Shown in pieces: positions 47,701 through 59,400 of a DNA stretch of 64,000 bases. The notes below the pieces were generated by a model. That model was not told where the DNA came from. It worked only from the letters and a program-made list of their open reading frames with translations, and made no database searches. This stretch comes from Eledone cirrhosa (Eukaryota): assembly GCA_964016885.1 (NCBI GenBank), contig OZ024743.1:138942001-139006000 (forward strand). Reading direction: 5' to 3'. The position numbers and the translations under genes are program-made. Each line of letters begins with the position of its first letter. The first letter of the stretch is position 1.

Positions 47701-50700
47701 TTGGTGATTAGTGTTTGGTGCATGGTGCTTGGTGTTTGTTGTTTGGTGCTTGGTGCTTGGTGTTTGGTGCTTGGTGCTTGCTGTTTGGTGTTTGGTGTTT
47801 GGTGCTTGGTGCTTGGTGTTTGGTGTTTGGTGTTTGGTGTTTGGTGTTTGGTGCTTGGTGCTTGGTGTTTGGTGCTTGGTGTTTGGTGCTTGGTGTATGT
47901 ACTTGGTGCTTGGTGCTTGGTGTTTGGTGCTTGGTTCTTGGTGTTTGGTGCTTGGTGCTTTGTACTTGGTGTTTGGTGCTTGGTGCTTGGTCTTTGGTGC
48001 TTGGTGTTTGGTGTTTGGTGCTTGGTGCTTGGTGTTTGGTGCTTGGTGCCTGGTGCTTGGTGTTTGGTGCTTGGTGCTTGGTGTTTGGTGATTGGTGCTT
48101 GGTGCTTGGTGCTTAGTGCTTGGTGTTTGGTGTTTGGCGCTTGGTGTTTGGTGTTTGATGCTTGGTGCTTGGTGCTTGGTGCTTGGTGCATGGTGTTCTG
48201 TGTTTGGTGCTTGGTGCTTGGTGCTTGTTGTTTGTTGCTTGGTGCTTGGTGATTAGTCTTTGGTGCTTGGTGCTTGGTATTTGGTGTTTGGTGTTTCGTG
48301 CTTGGTGTCTAGTGTTTGGGTTTTGGTGTTTGGTGCTTGGTGCTTAGTGTTTGGTGTTTGGTGCTTGGTGCTTGGTGTTTGGTGTTTGGTGCTTGGTGTT
48401 TGGTGCTTGGTGCTTGGTGCTTTGTGCTTAGTGTTTGGTGCTGGGTGTATGGTGTTTGATGCTTGGTTTTTGCTGCTTGGTGCTTGGTGCTTGGTGCTTG
48501 GTGTTCTGTGTTTGGTGCTTGGTGCTTGGTGCCTGGTGCTTGGTGCTTGGTGCTTGTTGTTTGGTGCTTGGTGCTTGGTGATTAGTCTTTGGTGCTTGGT
48601 GCTTGGTGTTTGGTGTTTGGTGTTTCGTGCTTGGTGCTTGGTGTTTGGTGTTTGGTGCTTGGTGTTTGGTGCTTGGTGCTTTGAGCTTGGTGTTTGGTGC
48701 TGGGTGTATGGTGTTTGGTGCTTGGTGCTTGGTGCTTGGTGTTTGGTGTTTGGTGCTTGGTACTTGGTGTTTGGTGTTTGATGCTTGGTGTTTGATGCTT
48801 GTTGCTTGGTGCTTGGTGTTTTGTGTTTGGTGTTTGGTGCTTGGTGTATGTACTTGGTGCTTGGTGCTTGGTGTTTGGTGCTTGGTGTTTGGTGTTTGGT
48901 GCTTGGTGTTTGGTACTTGGTGCTTGGTGCTTGGTGTTTGGTGCTTGGTTCTTGGTGTTTGGTGCTTGGTGCTTGGTGCTTGGTGTTTGGTGCTTGGTAC
49001 TTGGTGTTTGGTGCTTGGTGTTTGGTGTTTGGTGCTTGGTGTTTGGTACTTGGTGCTTGGTGCTTGGTGTTAAGTGTTTGGTGCTTGGTGCTTGGTGTTT
49101 GGTGCTTCGTGCTTGGTGCTTGGTGTTTGGTGCATGGTGCTTGGTGTTTGGGGCTTGGTGCCTGGTGCTTTCTGTTTGGTGCTAGGTGCTTGGTGCTTGG
49201 TCTTTGGTGTTTGGTGCTTGGTGCTTGGTGCTTGGTGTTTGGTGCTTGGTGCTTGGTGCTTGGTTATTAGTGTTTGGTGCTTGGTGCTTGGGGTTTGGTG
49301 TTTGGTGCTTGGTGCTTGGTGTTTGGTGTTTGCTGTATGGTGTTTGCTGTTTCGTGTTTGGTGTTTGGTGTTTGGTGTTTAATGCTTGGTGCTTGGTGTT
49401 TGGTGTTTGGTGTTTGGTGCTTGGTGCTTGGTGTTTGGTGCTTAGTGCTTGGTGCTGGGTGTTTGGTGCTTGGTGCTTGGTGTTTGGTGCTTGGTGCTTG
49501 ATGCTTGGTGCTTGGTGTTTGGTCCTTGGTGCTTGGTGCTTGGTCTTTGGTGCTTGGGGTTTGGTGTTTGGTGCTTGGTGCTTGGTGTTTGGTGTTTGGT
49601 GCTTGCTGCTTGGTGCTTGGTGTTTGGTGCTTGGTGCTTGGTGATTAGTGTTTGGTGCATGGTGCTTGGTGTTTGTTGTTTGGTGCTTGGTGCTTGGTGT
49701 TTGGTGCTTGGTGCTTGCTGTTTGGTGTTTGGTGTTTGGTGCTTGGTGCTTGGTGTTTGGTGTTTGGTGTTTGGTGTTTGGTGTTTGGTGCTTGGTGCTT
49801 GGTGTTTGGTGCTTGGTGTTTGGTGCTTGGTGTATGTACTTGGTGCTTGGTGCTTGGTGTTTGGTGCTTGGTTCTTGGTGTTTGGTGCTTGGTGCTTTGT
49901 ACTTGGTGTTTGGTGCTTGGTGCTTGGTCTTTGGTGCTTGGTGTTTGGTGTTTGGTGCTTGGTGCTTGGTGTTTGGTGCTTGGTGCCTGGTGCTTGGTGG
50001 TTGGTGCTTGGTGCTTGGTGTTTGGTGATTGGTGCTTGGTGCTTGGTGCTTAGTGCTTGGTGTTTGGTGTTTGGTGCTTGGTGTTTGGTGTTTGATGCTT
50101 GGTGCTTGGTGCTTGGTGCTTGGTGCATGGTGTTCTGTGTTTGGTGCTTGGTGCTTGGTGCTTGTTGTTTGGTGCTTGGTGCTTGGTGATTAGTCTTTGG
50201 TGCTTGGTGCTTGGTATTTGGTGTTTGGTGTTTCGTGCTTGGTGTCTAGTGTTTGGGTTTTGGTGTTTGGTGCTTGGTGCTTAGTGTTTGGTGTTTGGTG
50301 CTTGGTGCTTGGTGTTTGGTGTTTGGTGCTTGGTGTTTGGTGCTTGGTGCTTTGTGCTTAGTGTTTGGTGCTGGGTGTATGGTGTTTGGTGCTTGGTGCT
50401 TGGTGCTTGGTGTTTGTTGTTTGGTGCTCGGTACTTGGTGTTTGGTGTTTGATGCTTGGTGTTTGATGCTTGTTGCTTGGTGCTTGGTGCTTGGTGTTTG
50501 GTGCTTGGTGTTTGGTGTTTGGTGCTTGGTGTTTGGTACTTGGTGCTTGGTGCTTGGTGTTAAGTGTTTGGTGCTTGGTGCTTGGTGTTTGGTGCTTCGT
50601 GCTTGGTGCTTGGTGTTTGGTGCATGGTGCTTGGTGTTTGGGGCTTGGTGCCTGGTGCTTTGTGTTTGGTGCTAGGTGCTTGGTGCTTGGTCTTTGGTGT

Positions 50701-53700
50701 TTGGTGCTTAGTACTTGGTGCCTGGTGTTTGGTGCTTGGTGCTTGGTGCTTGGTTATTAGTGTTTGGTGTTTGGTGCTTGGCGCTTGGTGTTGGTGCTTG
50801 GTGCTTGCTGCTTGGTGCTTGGTGTTTGGTGCTTGGTGCTTGGTGCTTGGTGTTTGGTGCTTGGTGTTCGGTGCTTGGTGCTTGGTGCTTGGTGCTTGGT
50901 GTTAGGTGTTTGGTGCTTGGTGCTTGGTGTTTGATGTTTGGTCCTTGGTGCTTGGTGTTTGGTGCTTGGTGCTTGGTGTTTGGTGTTTGGTGCTTGCTGC
51001 TTGGTGCTTGGTGCTTGTTGTTTGGTGCTTGGTGCTTGGTCTTTGGTGCTTGGTTTTTGGTGTTTGGTGCTTGGTGCTTGGTGCTTGGTTTTTGGTGCAT
51101 GGTGCTTGGTGCTTGGTGTTTGGTGCTTGGTGCTTGGTGCTTGTTGTTTGGTGCTTGGTGCTTGGTCTTTGGTGCTTGGTGTTTGGTGTTTGGGGCTTGG
51201 TGCTTGGTGTTTGGTGCTTGGTGCCTGGTGCTTGGTGTTTGGTGCTTGGTGCTTGGTGTTTGGTGATTGGTGCTTGGTGCTTGGTGCTTAGTGCTTGGTG
51301 TTTGGTGTTTGGTGCTTGGTGTTTGGTGTTTGATGCTTGGTGCTTGGTGCTTGGTGCTTGGTGCTTGGTGTTCTGTGTTTGGTGCTTGGTGCTTGGTGCT
51401 TGTTGTTTGGTGCTTGGTGCTTGGTGATTAGTCTTTGGTGCTTGGTGCATGGTATTTGGTTTTTGGTGTTTCGTGATTGGGGTCTAGTGTTTGGGTTTTG
51501 GTGTTTGGTGCTTGGTGCTTAGTGTTTGGTGTTTGGTGCTTGGTGCTTGGTGTTTGGTGTTTGGTGTTTGGTGCTTGGTGCTTGGTGCTTTGTGCTTAGT
51601 GTTTGGTGCTGGGTGTATGGTGTTTGGTGCTTGGTGCTTGGTGCTTGGTGTTTGTTGTTTGGTGCTTGGTACTTGGTGTTTGGTGTTTGATGCTTGGTGT
51701 TTGATGCTTGTTGCTTGGTGCTTGGTGTTTTGTGTTTGGTGTTTGGTGCTTGGTGTATGTACTTGGTGCTTGGTGTTTGGTGCTTGGTTCTTGGTGTTTG
51801 GTGCTTGGTGCTTGGTGCTTGGTGTTTGGTGCTTGGTGCTTGGTGTTTGGTGCTTGGTGTTTGGTATTTGGTGCTTGGTGTTTGGTACTTGGTGCTTGGT
51901 GCTTGGTGTTAAGTGTTTGGTGCTTGGTGTTTGGTGCTTCGTGCTTGGTGCTTGGTGTTTGGTGCATGGTGCTTGTTGTTTGGGGCTTGGTGCCTGGTGC
52001 TTTGTGTTTGGTGCTAGGTGCTTGGTGCTTGGTCTTTGGTGTTTGGTGCTTGGTACTTGGTGCTTGGTGTTTGGTGCTTGGTGCTTGGTGCTTGGTTATT
52101 AGTGTTTGGTGTTTGGTGCTTGGCGCTTGGTGTTTGGTGCTTGGTGCTTGGTGCTTGGTGTTTGGTGTTTGGTGCTTGCTGCTGGTGCTTGGTGTTTGGT
52201 GCTTGGTGCTTGGTGCTTGGTGTTTGGTGCTTGGTGCTTGCTGTTTGGTCTTTGGTCTTTGGTGCTTGGTGCTTGGTGTTTGGTGTTTGGTGTTTGGTGT
52301 TTGGTGTTTGGTGCTTGGTGCTTCGTGTTTGGTGCTTGGTGTTTGGTGCTTGGTGTATGTACTTGGTGCTTGGTACTTGGTGTTTGGTGCTTGGTTCTTG
52401 GTGTTTGGTGCTTGGTGCTTGGTGCTTGGTGTTTGGTGCTTGGTGCTTGGTGTTTGGTACTTGGTGCTTGGTGTTTGGTGTTTGGTGTTTGGTGTTTGGT
52501 GCTTGGTGCTTGGTGCTTGGTGTTAAGTGTTTGGTGCTTGGTGCTTCGTGTTTGGTGCTTCGTGCTTGGTGCTTGGTGTTTGGTGCATGGTGCTTGATGT
52601 TTGGGGCTTGGTGCCTGGTGCTTGGTGTTTGGTGCTTGGTGCTTGGTGCTTGGTGTTTGGTGTTTGGTGCTTGGTGCTTGGTGTTTGGTGCTTGGTGTTT
52701 GGTGCTTGGTGTTCGGTGCTTGGTGCTTGGTGCTTGGTACTTGGTGTTAGGTTTTTGGTGCTTGGGGCTTGGTGTTTGGTGTTTGGTGCTTGGTGTTTGG
52801 TGTTTGGTGTTTGGTGCTTGGTGTTTGGTGTTTGGTGCTTTGTGCTTGGTGCTTGGTGTTTGGTGTTTGGTGCTTGGTACTTGGTGTTTGGTGTTTGATG
52901 CTTGGTGTTTGATGCTTGTTGCTTGGTGCTTGGTGTTTTGTGTTTGGTGTTTGGTGCTTGGTGTATGTACTTGGTGCTTGGTGATTGGTGTTTGGTGCTT
53001 GGTTCTTGGTTTTTGGTGCTTGGTGCTTGGTGCTTGGTGTTTGGTGCTTGGTGCTTGGTGTTTGGTGCTTGGTGTTTGGTGTTTGGTGCTTGGTGTTTGG
53101 TACTTGGTGCTTGGTGCTTGGTGTTAAGTGTTTGGTGCTTGGTGCTTGGTGTTTGGTGCTTGGTGCTTGGTGCTTGGTGTTTGGTGCATGGTGCTTGGTG
53201 TTTGGGGCTTGGTGCCTGGTGCTTTGTGTTTGGTGCTAGGTGCTTGGTGCTTGGTCTTTGGTGTTTGGTGCTTGGTGCTTGGTGCTTGGTGTTTGGTGCT
53301 TGGTGCTTGGTGCTTGGTTATTAGTGTTTGGTGCTTGGTGCTTGGGGTTTGGTGTTTGGTGCTTGGTGCTTGGTGTTTGGTGTTTGCTGTATGGTGTTTG
53401 CTGTTTCGTGTTTGGTGTTTGCTGTTTGGTGTTTAATACTTGGTGCTTGGTGCTTGGTGTTTGGTGCTTGGTGCTTGGTGCTTGGTGTTTGGCGTTTGCT
53501 CTTTGCTGTTTGGTGTTTGGTGCTTGCTGTTTGGTGTTTGGTGTTTGGTGTTTGGTGTTTGGTGCTTGCTGTTTGGTGCTTGGTGCTTGGTGTTTGGTGT
53601 TTGGTGTTTGGTGCTTGGTGCTTGGTGGTTGGTGCTTGGTGCTGGGTGTTTGGTGCTAGGTGCTTGGTGTTTGGTGCTTGGTGCTTGGTGCTTGGTGCTT

Positions 53701-56360
53701 GGTCTTTGGTGCTTGGTGTTTGGTGTTTGGTGCTTGGTGCTTGGTGTTTGGTGCTTGGGGCTTGGTGTTTGGTGCTTGGTGATTGCTGCTTGGTGTTTGG
53801 TGTTTGGTGCTTGGTGCTTGGTGCTTGGTGATTAGTGTTTGGTGCTTGGTGCTTGGTGCCTTGTGCTTGGTGCTTGGTGCTTGTTGTTTGGTGCTTGGTG
53901 CTTGGTGATTAGTGTTTGGTGCTTGGTGCTTGGTGCCTGGTGCTTGGTGCTTGTTGTTTGGTGCTTGGTGCTTGGTGATTAGTGTTTGGTGCTTGGTGCT
54001 TGGGGCTTGGTGTTTGGTGCTTGGTGCTTGCTGTTTGGTGGTTGCTGTTTAGTGCTTGGTGTTTGGTGCTTGGTGCTTGGTGCTGGGTGGTTGGTGTTTG
54101 GTGCTTGGTGCTTGGTGTTTGGTGCTTGGTGCTTGGTGCTTGTTGTTTGGTGCTTGGTGCTTGGTCTTTGGTGCTTGGTGTTTGGTGTTTGGTGCTTGGT
54201 GCTTGGTGCTTGGTTTTTGGTGCTTGGTGCTTGGTGCTTGGTGTTTGGTGCTTGGTGCTTGGTGCTTGTTGTTTGGTGCTTGGTGCTTGGTCTTTGGTGC
54301 TTGGTGTTTGGTGTTTGGTGCTTGGTGCTTCGTGTTTGGTGCTTAGTGCCTGGTGCTTGGTGTTTGGTGCTTGGTGCTTGGTGTTTGGTGCTTAGTGCTT
54401 GGTGTTTGGTGTTTGGTGCTTGGTGTTTGTTGTTTGGTGTTTGATGCTTGGTTTTTGCTGCTTGGTGCTTGGTGCTTGGTGCTTGGTGCTTGGTGTTCTG
54501 TGTTTGGTGCTTGGTGCTTGGTGCCTGGTGCTTGGTGCTTGGTGCTTGTTGTTTGGTGCTTGGTGCTTGGTGATTAGTCTTTGGTGCTTGGAGCTTGGTG
54601 TTTGGTGTTTGGTGTTTCGTGCTTGGTGCTTGGTGTTTGGTGTTTGGTGCTTGGTGTTTGGTGCTTGGTGCTTTGAGCTTGGTGTTTGGTGCTGGGTGTA
54701 TGGTGTTTGGTGCTTGGTGCTTGGTGCTTGGTGTTTGGTGTTTGGTGCTTGGTACTTGGTGTTTGGTGTTTGATGCTTGGTGTTTGATGCTTGTTGCTTG
54801 GTGCTTGGTGTTTTGTGTTTGGTGTTTGGTGCTTGGTGTATGTACTTGGTGCTTGGTGCTTGGTGTTTGGTGCTTGGTGTTTGGTGTTTGGTGCTTGGTG
54901 TTTGGTACTTGGTGCTTGGTGCTTGGTGTTTGGTGCTTGGTTCTTGGTGTTTGGTGCTTGGTGCTTGGTGCTTGGTGTTTGGTGCTTGGTACTTGGTGTT
55001 TGGTGCTTGGTGTTTGGTGTTTGGTGCTTGGTGTTTGGTACTTGGTGCTTGGTGCTTGGTGTTAAGTGTTTGGTGCTTGGTGCTTGGTGTTTGGTGCTTC
55101 GTGCTTGGTGCTTGGTGTTTGGTGCATGGTGCTTGGTGTTTGGGGCTTGGTGCCTGGTGCTTTCTGTTTGGTGCTAGGTGCTTGGTGCTTGGTCTTTGGT
55201 GTTTGGTGCTTGGTGCTTGGTGCTTGGTGTTTGGTGCTTGTTGCTTGGTGCTTGGTTATTAGTGTTTGGTGCTTGGTGCTTGGGGTTTGGTGTTTGGTGC
55301 TTGGTGCTTGGTGTTTGGTGTTTGCTGTATGGTGTTTGCTGTTTCGTGTTTGGTGTTTGGTGTTTGTTGTTTAATGCTTGGTGCTTGGTGTTTGGTGTTT
55401 GATGTTTGGTGCTTGGTGCTTGGTGTTTGGTGCTTGGTGCTTGGTGCTGGGTGTTTGGTGCTTGGTGCTTGGTGTTTGGTGCTTGGTGCTTGATGCTTGG
55501 TGCTTGGTGTTTGGTCCTTGGTGCTTGGTGCTTGGTCTTTGGTGCTTGGGGTTTGGTGTTTGGTGCTTGGTGCTTGGTGTTTGGTGCTTGGTGCTTGGTG
55601 CTTGGTGTTTGGTGTTTGGTGCTTGCTGCTTGGTGCTTGGTGTTTGGTGCTTGGTGCTTGGTGATTAGTGTTTGGTGCATGGTGCTTGGTGTTTGTTGTT
55701 TGGTGCTTGGTGCTTGGTGTTTGGTGCTTGGTGCTTGCTGTTTGGTGTTTGGTGTTTGGTGCTTGGTGCTTGGTGTTTGGTGTTTGGTGTTTGGTGTTTG
55801 GTGTTTGGTGCTTGGTGCTTGGTGTTTGGTGCTTGGTGTTTGGTGCTTGGTGTATGTACTTGGTGCTTGGTGCTTGGTGTTTGGTGCTTGGTTCTTGGTG
55901 TTTGGTGCTTGGTGCTTTGTACTTGGTGTTTGGTGCTTGGTGCTTGGTCTTTGGTGCTTGGTGTTTGGTGTTTGGTGCTTGGTGCTTGGTGTTTGGTGCT
56001 TGGTGCCTGGTGCTTGGTGTTTGGTGCTTGGTGCTTGGTGTTTGGTGATTGGTGCTTGGTGCTTGGTGCTTAGTGCTTGGTGTTTGGTGTTTGGCGCTTG
56101 GTGTTTGGTGTTTGATGCTTGGTGCTTGGTGCTTGGTGCTTGGTGCATGGTGTTCTGTGTTTGGTGCTTGGTGCTTGGTGCTTGTTGTTTGTTGCTTGGT
56201 GCTTGGTGATTAGTCTTTGATGCTTGGTGCTTGGTATTTGGTGTTTGGTGTTTCGTGCTTGGTGTCTAGTGTTTGGGTTTTGGTGTTTGGTGCTTGGTGC
56301 TTAGTGTTTGGTGTTTGGTGCTTGGTGCTTGGTGTTTGGTGTTTGGTGCTTGGTGTTTGG
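41715..56360. repeat. 7957-bp-period duplication (~41715-48400 / ~49670-56360)
   Basis: Constant offset 7957 for ORFs 42142/50099, 43737/51694, 44945/52902, 46820/54777 and 47711/55668. Shared private 1-bp deletions at 42835/50792 and 44226/52183. Confidence 0.92.
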
Positions 56361-56429
56361 TGCTTGGTGCTTTGTGCTTAGTGTTTGGTGCTGGGTGTAT
56401 GGTGTTTGGTGCTTGGTGCTTGGTGCTTG

Positions 56430-59400
56430 GTGTTTGTTGTTTGGTGCTTGGTACTTGGTGTTTGGTGTTTGATGCTTGGTGTTTGATGCTTGTTGCTTGG
56501 TGCTTGGTGTTTTGTGTTTGGTGTTTGGTGCTTGGTGTATGTACTTGGTGCTTGGTGCTTGGTGTTTGGTGCTTGGTTCTTGGTGTTTGGTGCTTGGTGC
56601 TTGGTGCTTGGTGTTTGGTGCTTGGTGCTTGGTGTTTGGTGCTTGGTGTTTGGTGTTTGGTGCTTGGTGTTTGGTACTTGGTGCTTGGTGCTTGGTGTTA
56701 AGTGTTTGGTGCTTGGTGCTTGGTGTTTGGTGCTTCGTGCTTGGTGCTTGGTGTTTGGTGCATGGTGCTTGGTGTTTGGGGCTTGGTGCCTGGTGCTTTG
56801 TGTTTGGTGCTAGGTGCTTGGTGCTTGGTCTTTGGTGTTTGGTGCTTAGTACTTGGTGCTTGGTGTTTGGTGCTTGGTGCTTGGTGCTTGGTTATTAGTG
56901 TTTGGTGTTTGGTGCTTGGCGCTTGGTGTTTGGTGCTTGGTGCTTGGTGCTTGGTGTTTGGTGTTTGGTGCTTGCTGCTTGGTGCTTGGTGTTTGGTGCT
57001 TGGTGCTTGGTGCTTGGTGTTTGGTGCTTGGTGCTTGCTGTTTGGTGTTTGGTGTTTGGTGCTTGGTGCTTGGTGTTTGGTGTTTGGTGTTTGGTGTTTG
57101 GTGTTTGGTGCTTGGTGCTTGGTGTTTGGTGCTTGGTGTTTGGTGCTTGGTGTATGTACTTGGTGCTTGGTGCTTGGTGTTTGGTGCTTGGTTCTTGGTG
57201 TTTGGTGCTTGGTGCTTGGTGCTTGGTGTTTGGTGCTTGGTGCTTGGTGTTTGGTACTTGGTGCTTGGTGTTTGGTGTTTGGTGCTTGGTGTTTGGTGCT
57301 TGGTGCTTGGTGCTTGGTGTTAAGTGTTTGGTGCTTGGTGCTTCGTGTTTGGTGCTTCGTGCTTGGTGCTTGGTGTTTGGTGCATGGTGCTTGATGTTTG
57401 GGGCTTGGTGCCTGGTGCTTGGTGTTTGGTGCTTGGTCTTTGGTGGTTGGTGTTTGGTGTTTGGTACTTGGTGCTTGGTGTTTGGTGCTTGGTGTTTGGT
57501 GCTTGGTGTTCGGTGCTTGGTGCTTGGTGCTTGGTACTTGGTGTTAGGTTTTTGGTGCTTGGGGCTTGGTGTTTGGTGTTTGGTGCTTGGTGCTTGGTGT
57601 TTGGTGTTTGGTGCTTGGTGTTTGGTGTTTGGTGCTTTGTGCTTGGTGTTTGGTGCTGGGTGTATGGTGTTTGGTGCTTGGTGCTTGGTGCTTGGTGTTT
57701 GGTGTTTGGTGCTTGGTACTTGGTGTTTGGTGTTTGATGCTTGGTGTTTGATGCTTGTTGCTTGGTGCTTGGTGTTTTGTGTTTGGTGTTTGGTGCTTGG
57801 TGTATGTACTTGGTGCTTGGTGCTTGGTGTTTGGTGCTTGGTTCTTGGTGTTTGGTGCTTGGTGCTTGGTGCTTGGTGTTTGGTGCTTGGTGCTTGGTGT
57901 TTGGTGCTTGGTGTTTGGTGTTTGGTGCTTGGTGTTTGGTACTTGATGCTTGGTGCTTGGTGTTAAGTGTTTGGTGCTTGGTGCTTGGTGTTTGGTGCTT
58001 CGTGCTTGGTGCTTGGTGTTTGGTGCATGGTGCTTGGTGTTTGGGGCTTGGTGCCTGGGGCTTTGTGTTTGGTGCTAGGTGCTTGGTGCTTGGTGTTTGG
58101 TGTTTGGTGCTTGGTGCTTGGTGCTTGGTGTTTGGTGCTTGGTGCTTGGTGCTTGGTTATTAGTGTTTGGTGCTTGGTGCTTGGGCTTTGGTGTTTGGTG
58201 CTTGGTGCTTGGTGTTTGGTGTTTGCTGTATGGTGTTTGCTGTTTCGTGGTTGGTGTTTGCTGTTTGGTGTTTAATGCTTGGTGCTTGGTGCTTGGTGTT
58301 TGGTGCTTGGTGCTTGGTGCTTGGTGTTTGGCGTTTGCTCTTTGCTGTTTGGTGTTTGGTGCTTGCTGTTTGGTGTTTGGTGTTTGGTGTTTGGTGTTTG
58401 GTGCTTGCTGTTTGGTGCTTGGTGCTTGGTGTTTGGTGTTTGGTGTTTGGTGCTTGGTGCTTGGTGTTTGGTGGTTGGTGCTTGGTGCTGGGTGTTTGGT
58501 GCTAGGTGCTTGGTGTTTGGTGCTTGGTGCTTGGTGCTTGGTGCTTGGTCTTTGGTGCTTGGTGTTTGGTGCTTGGTGCTTGGTGCTTGGTGCTTGGTGT
58601 TTGGTGCTTGGGGCTTGGTGTTTGGTGCTTGGTGATTGCTGCTTGGTGTTTGGTGTTTGGTGCTTGGTGCTTGGTGCTTGGTGATTAGTGTTTGGTGCTT
58701 GGTGCTTGGTGCCTTGTGCTTGGTGCTTGGTGCTTGTTGTTTGGTGCTTGGTGCTTGGTGATTAGTGTTTGGTGCTTGGTGCTTGGAGCCTGGTGCTTGG
58801 TGCTTGTTGTTTGGTGCTTGGTGCTTGGTGATTAGTGTTTGGTTCTTGGTGCTTGGGGCTTGGTGTTTGGTGCTTGGTGCTTGTTGCTTGCTGTTTGGTG
58901 GTTGCTGTTTGGTGCTTGGTGTTTGGTGCTTGGTGCTTGGTGCTTGGTTTTTGGTGCTTGGTGCTTGGTGCTTGGTGTTTGGTGCTTGGTGCTTGGTGCT
59001 TGTTGTTTGGTGCTTGGTGCTTGGTCTTTGCTGCTTGGTGTTTGGTGCTTGGTGCTTGGTGCTTGGTGTTTGGTGCTTGGGGCCTGGTGCTTGGTGTTTG
59101 GTGCTTGGTGCTTGGTGTTTGCTGATTGGTGCTTGGTGCTTGGTGCTTGGTGCTTAGAGCTTGGTGTTTGGTGTTTGGTGCTTGGTACTTGGTGTTTGGT
59201 GTTTGATGCTTGGTGTTTGATGCTTGTTGCTTGGTGCTTGGTGTTTTGTGTTTAGTGTTTGGTGCTTGGTGTATGTACTTGGTGCTTGGTGCTTGGTGTT
59301 TGGTGCTTGGTTCTTGGTGTTTGGTGCTTGGTGCTTGGTGCTTGGTGTTTGGTGCTTGGTGCTTGGTGTTTGGTGCTTGGTGTTTGGTGTTTGGTGCTTG

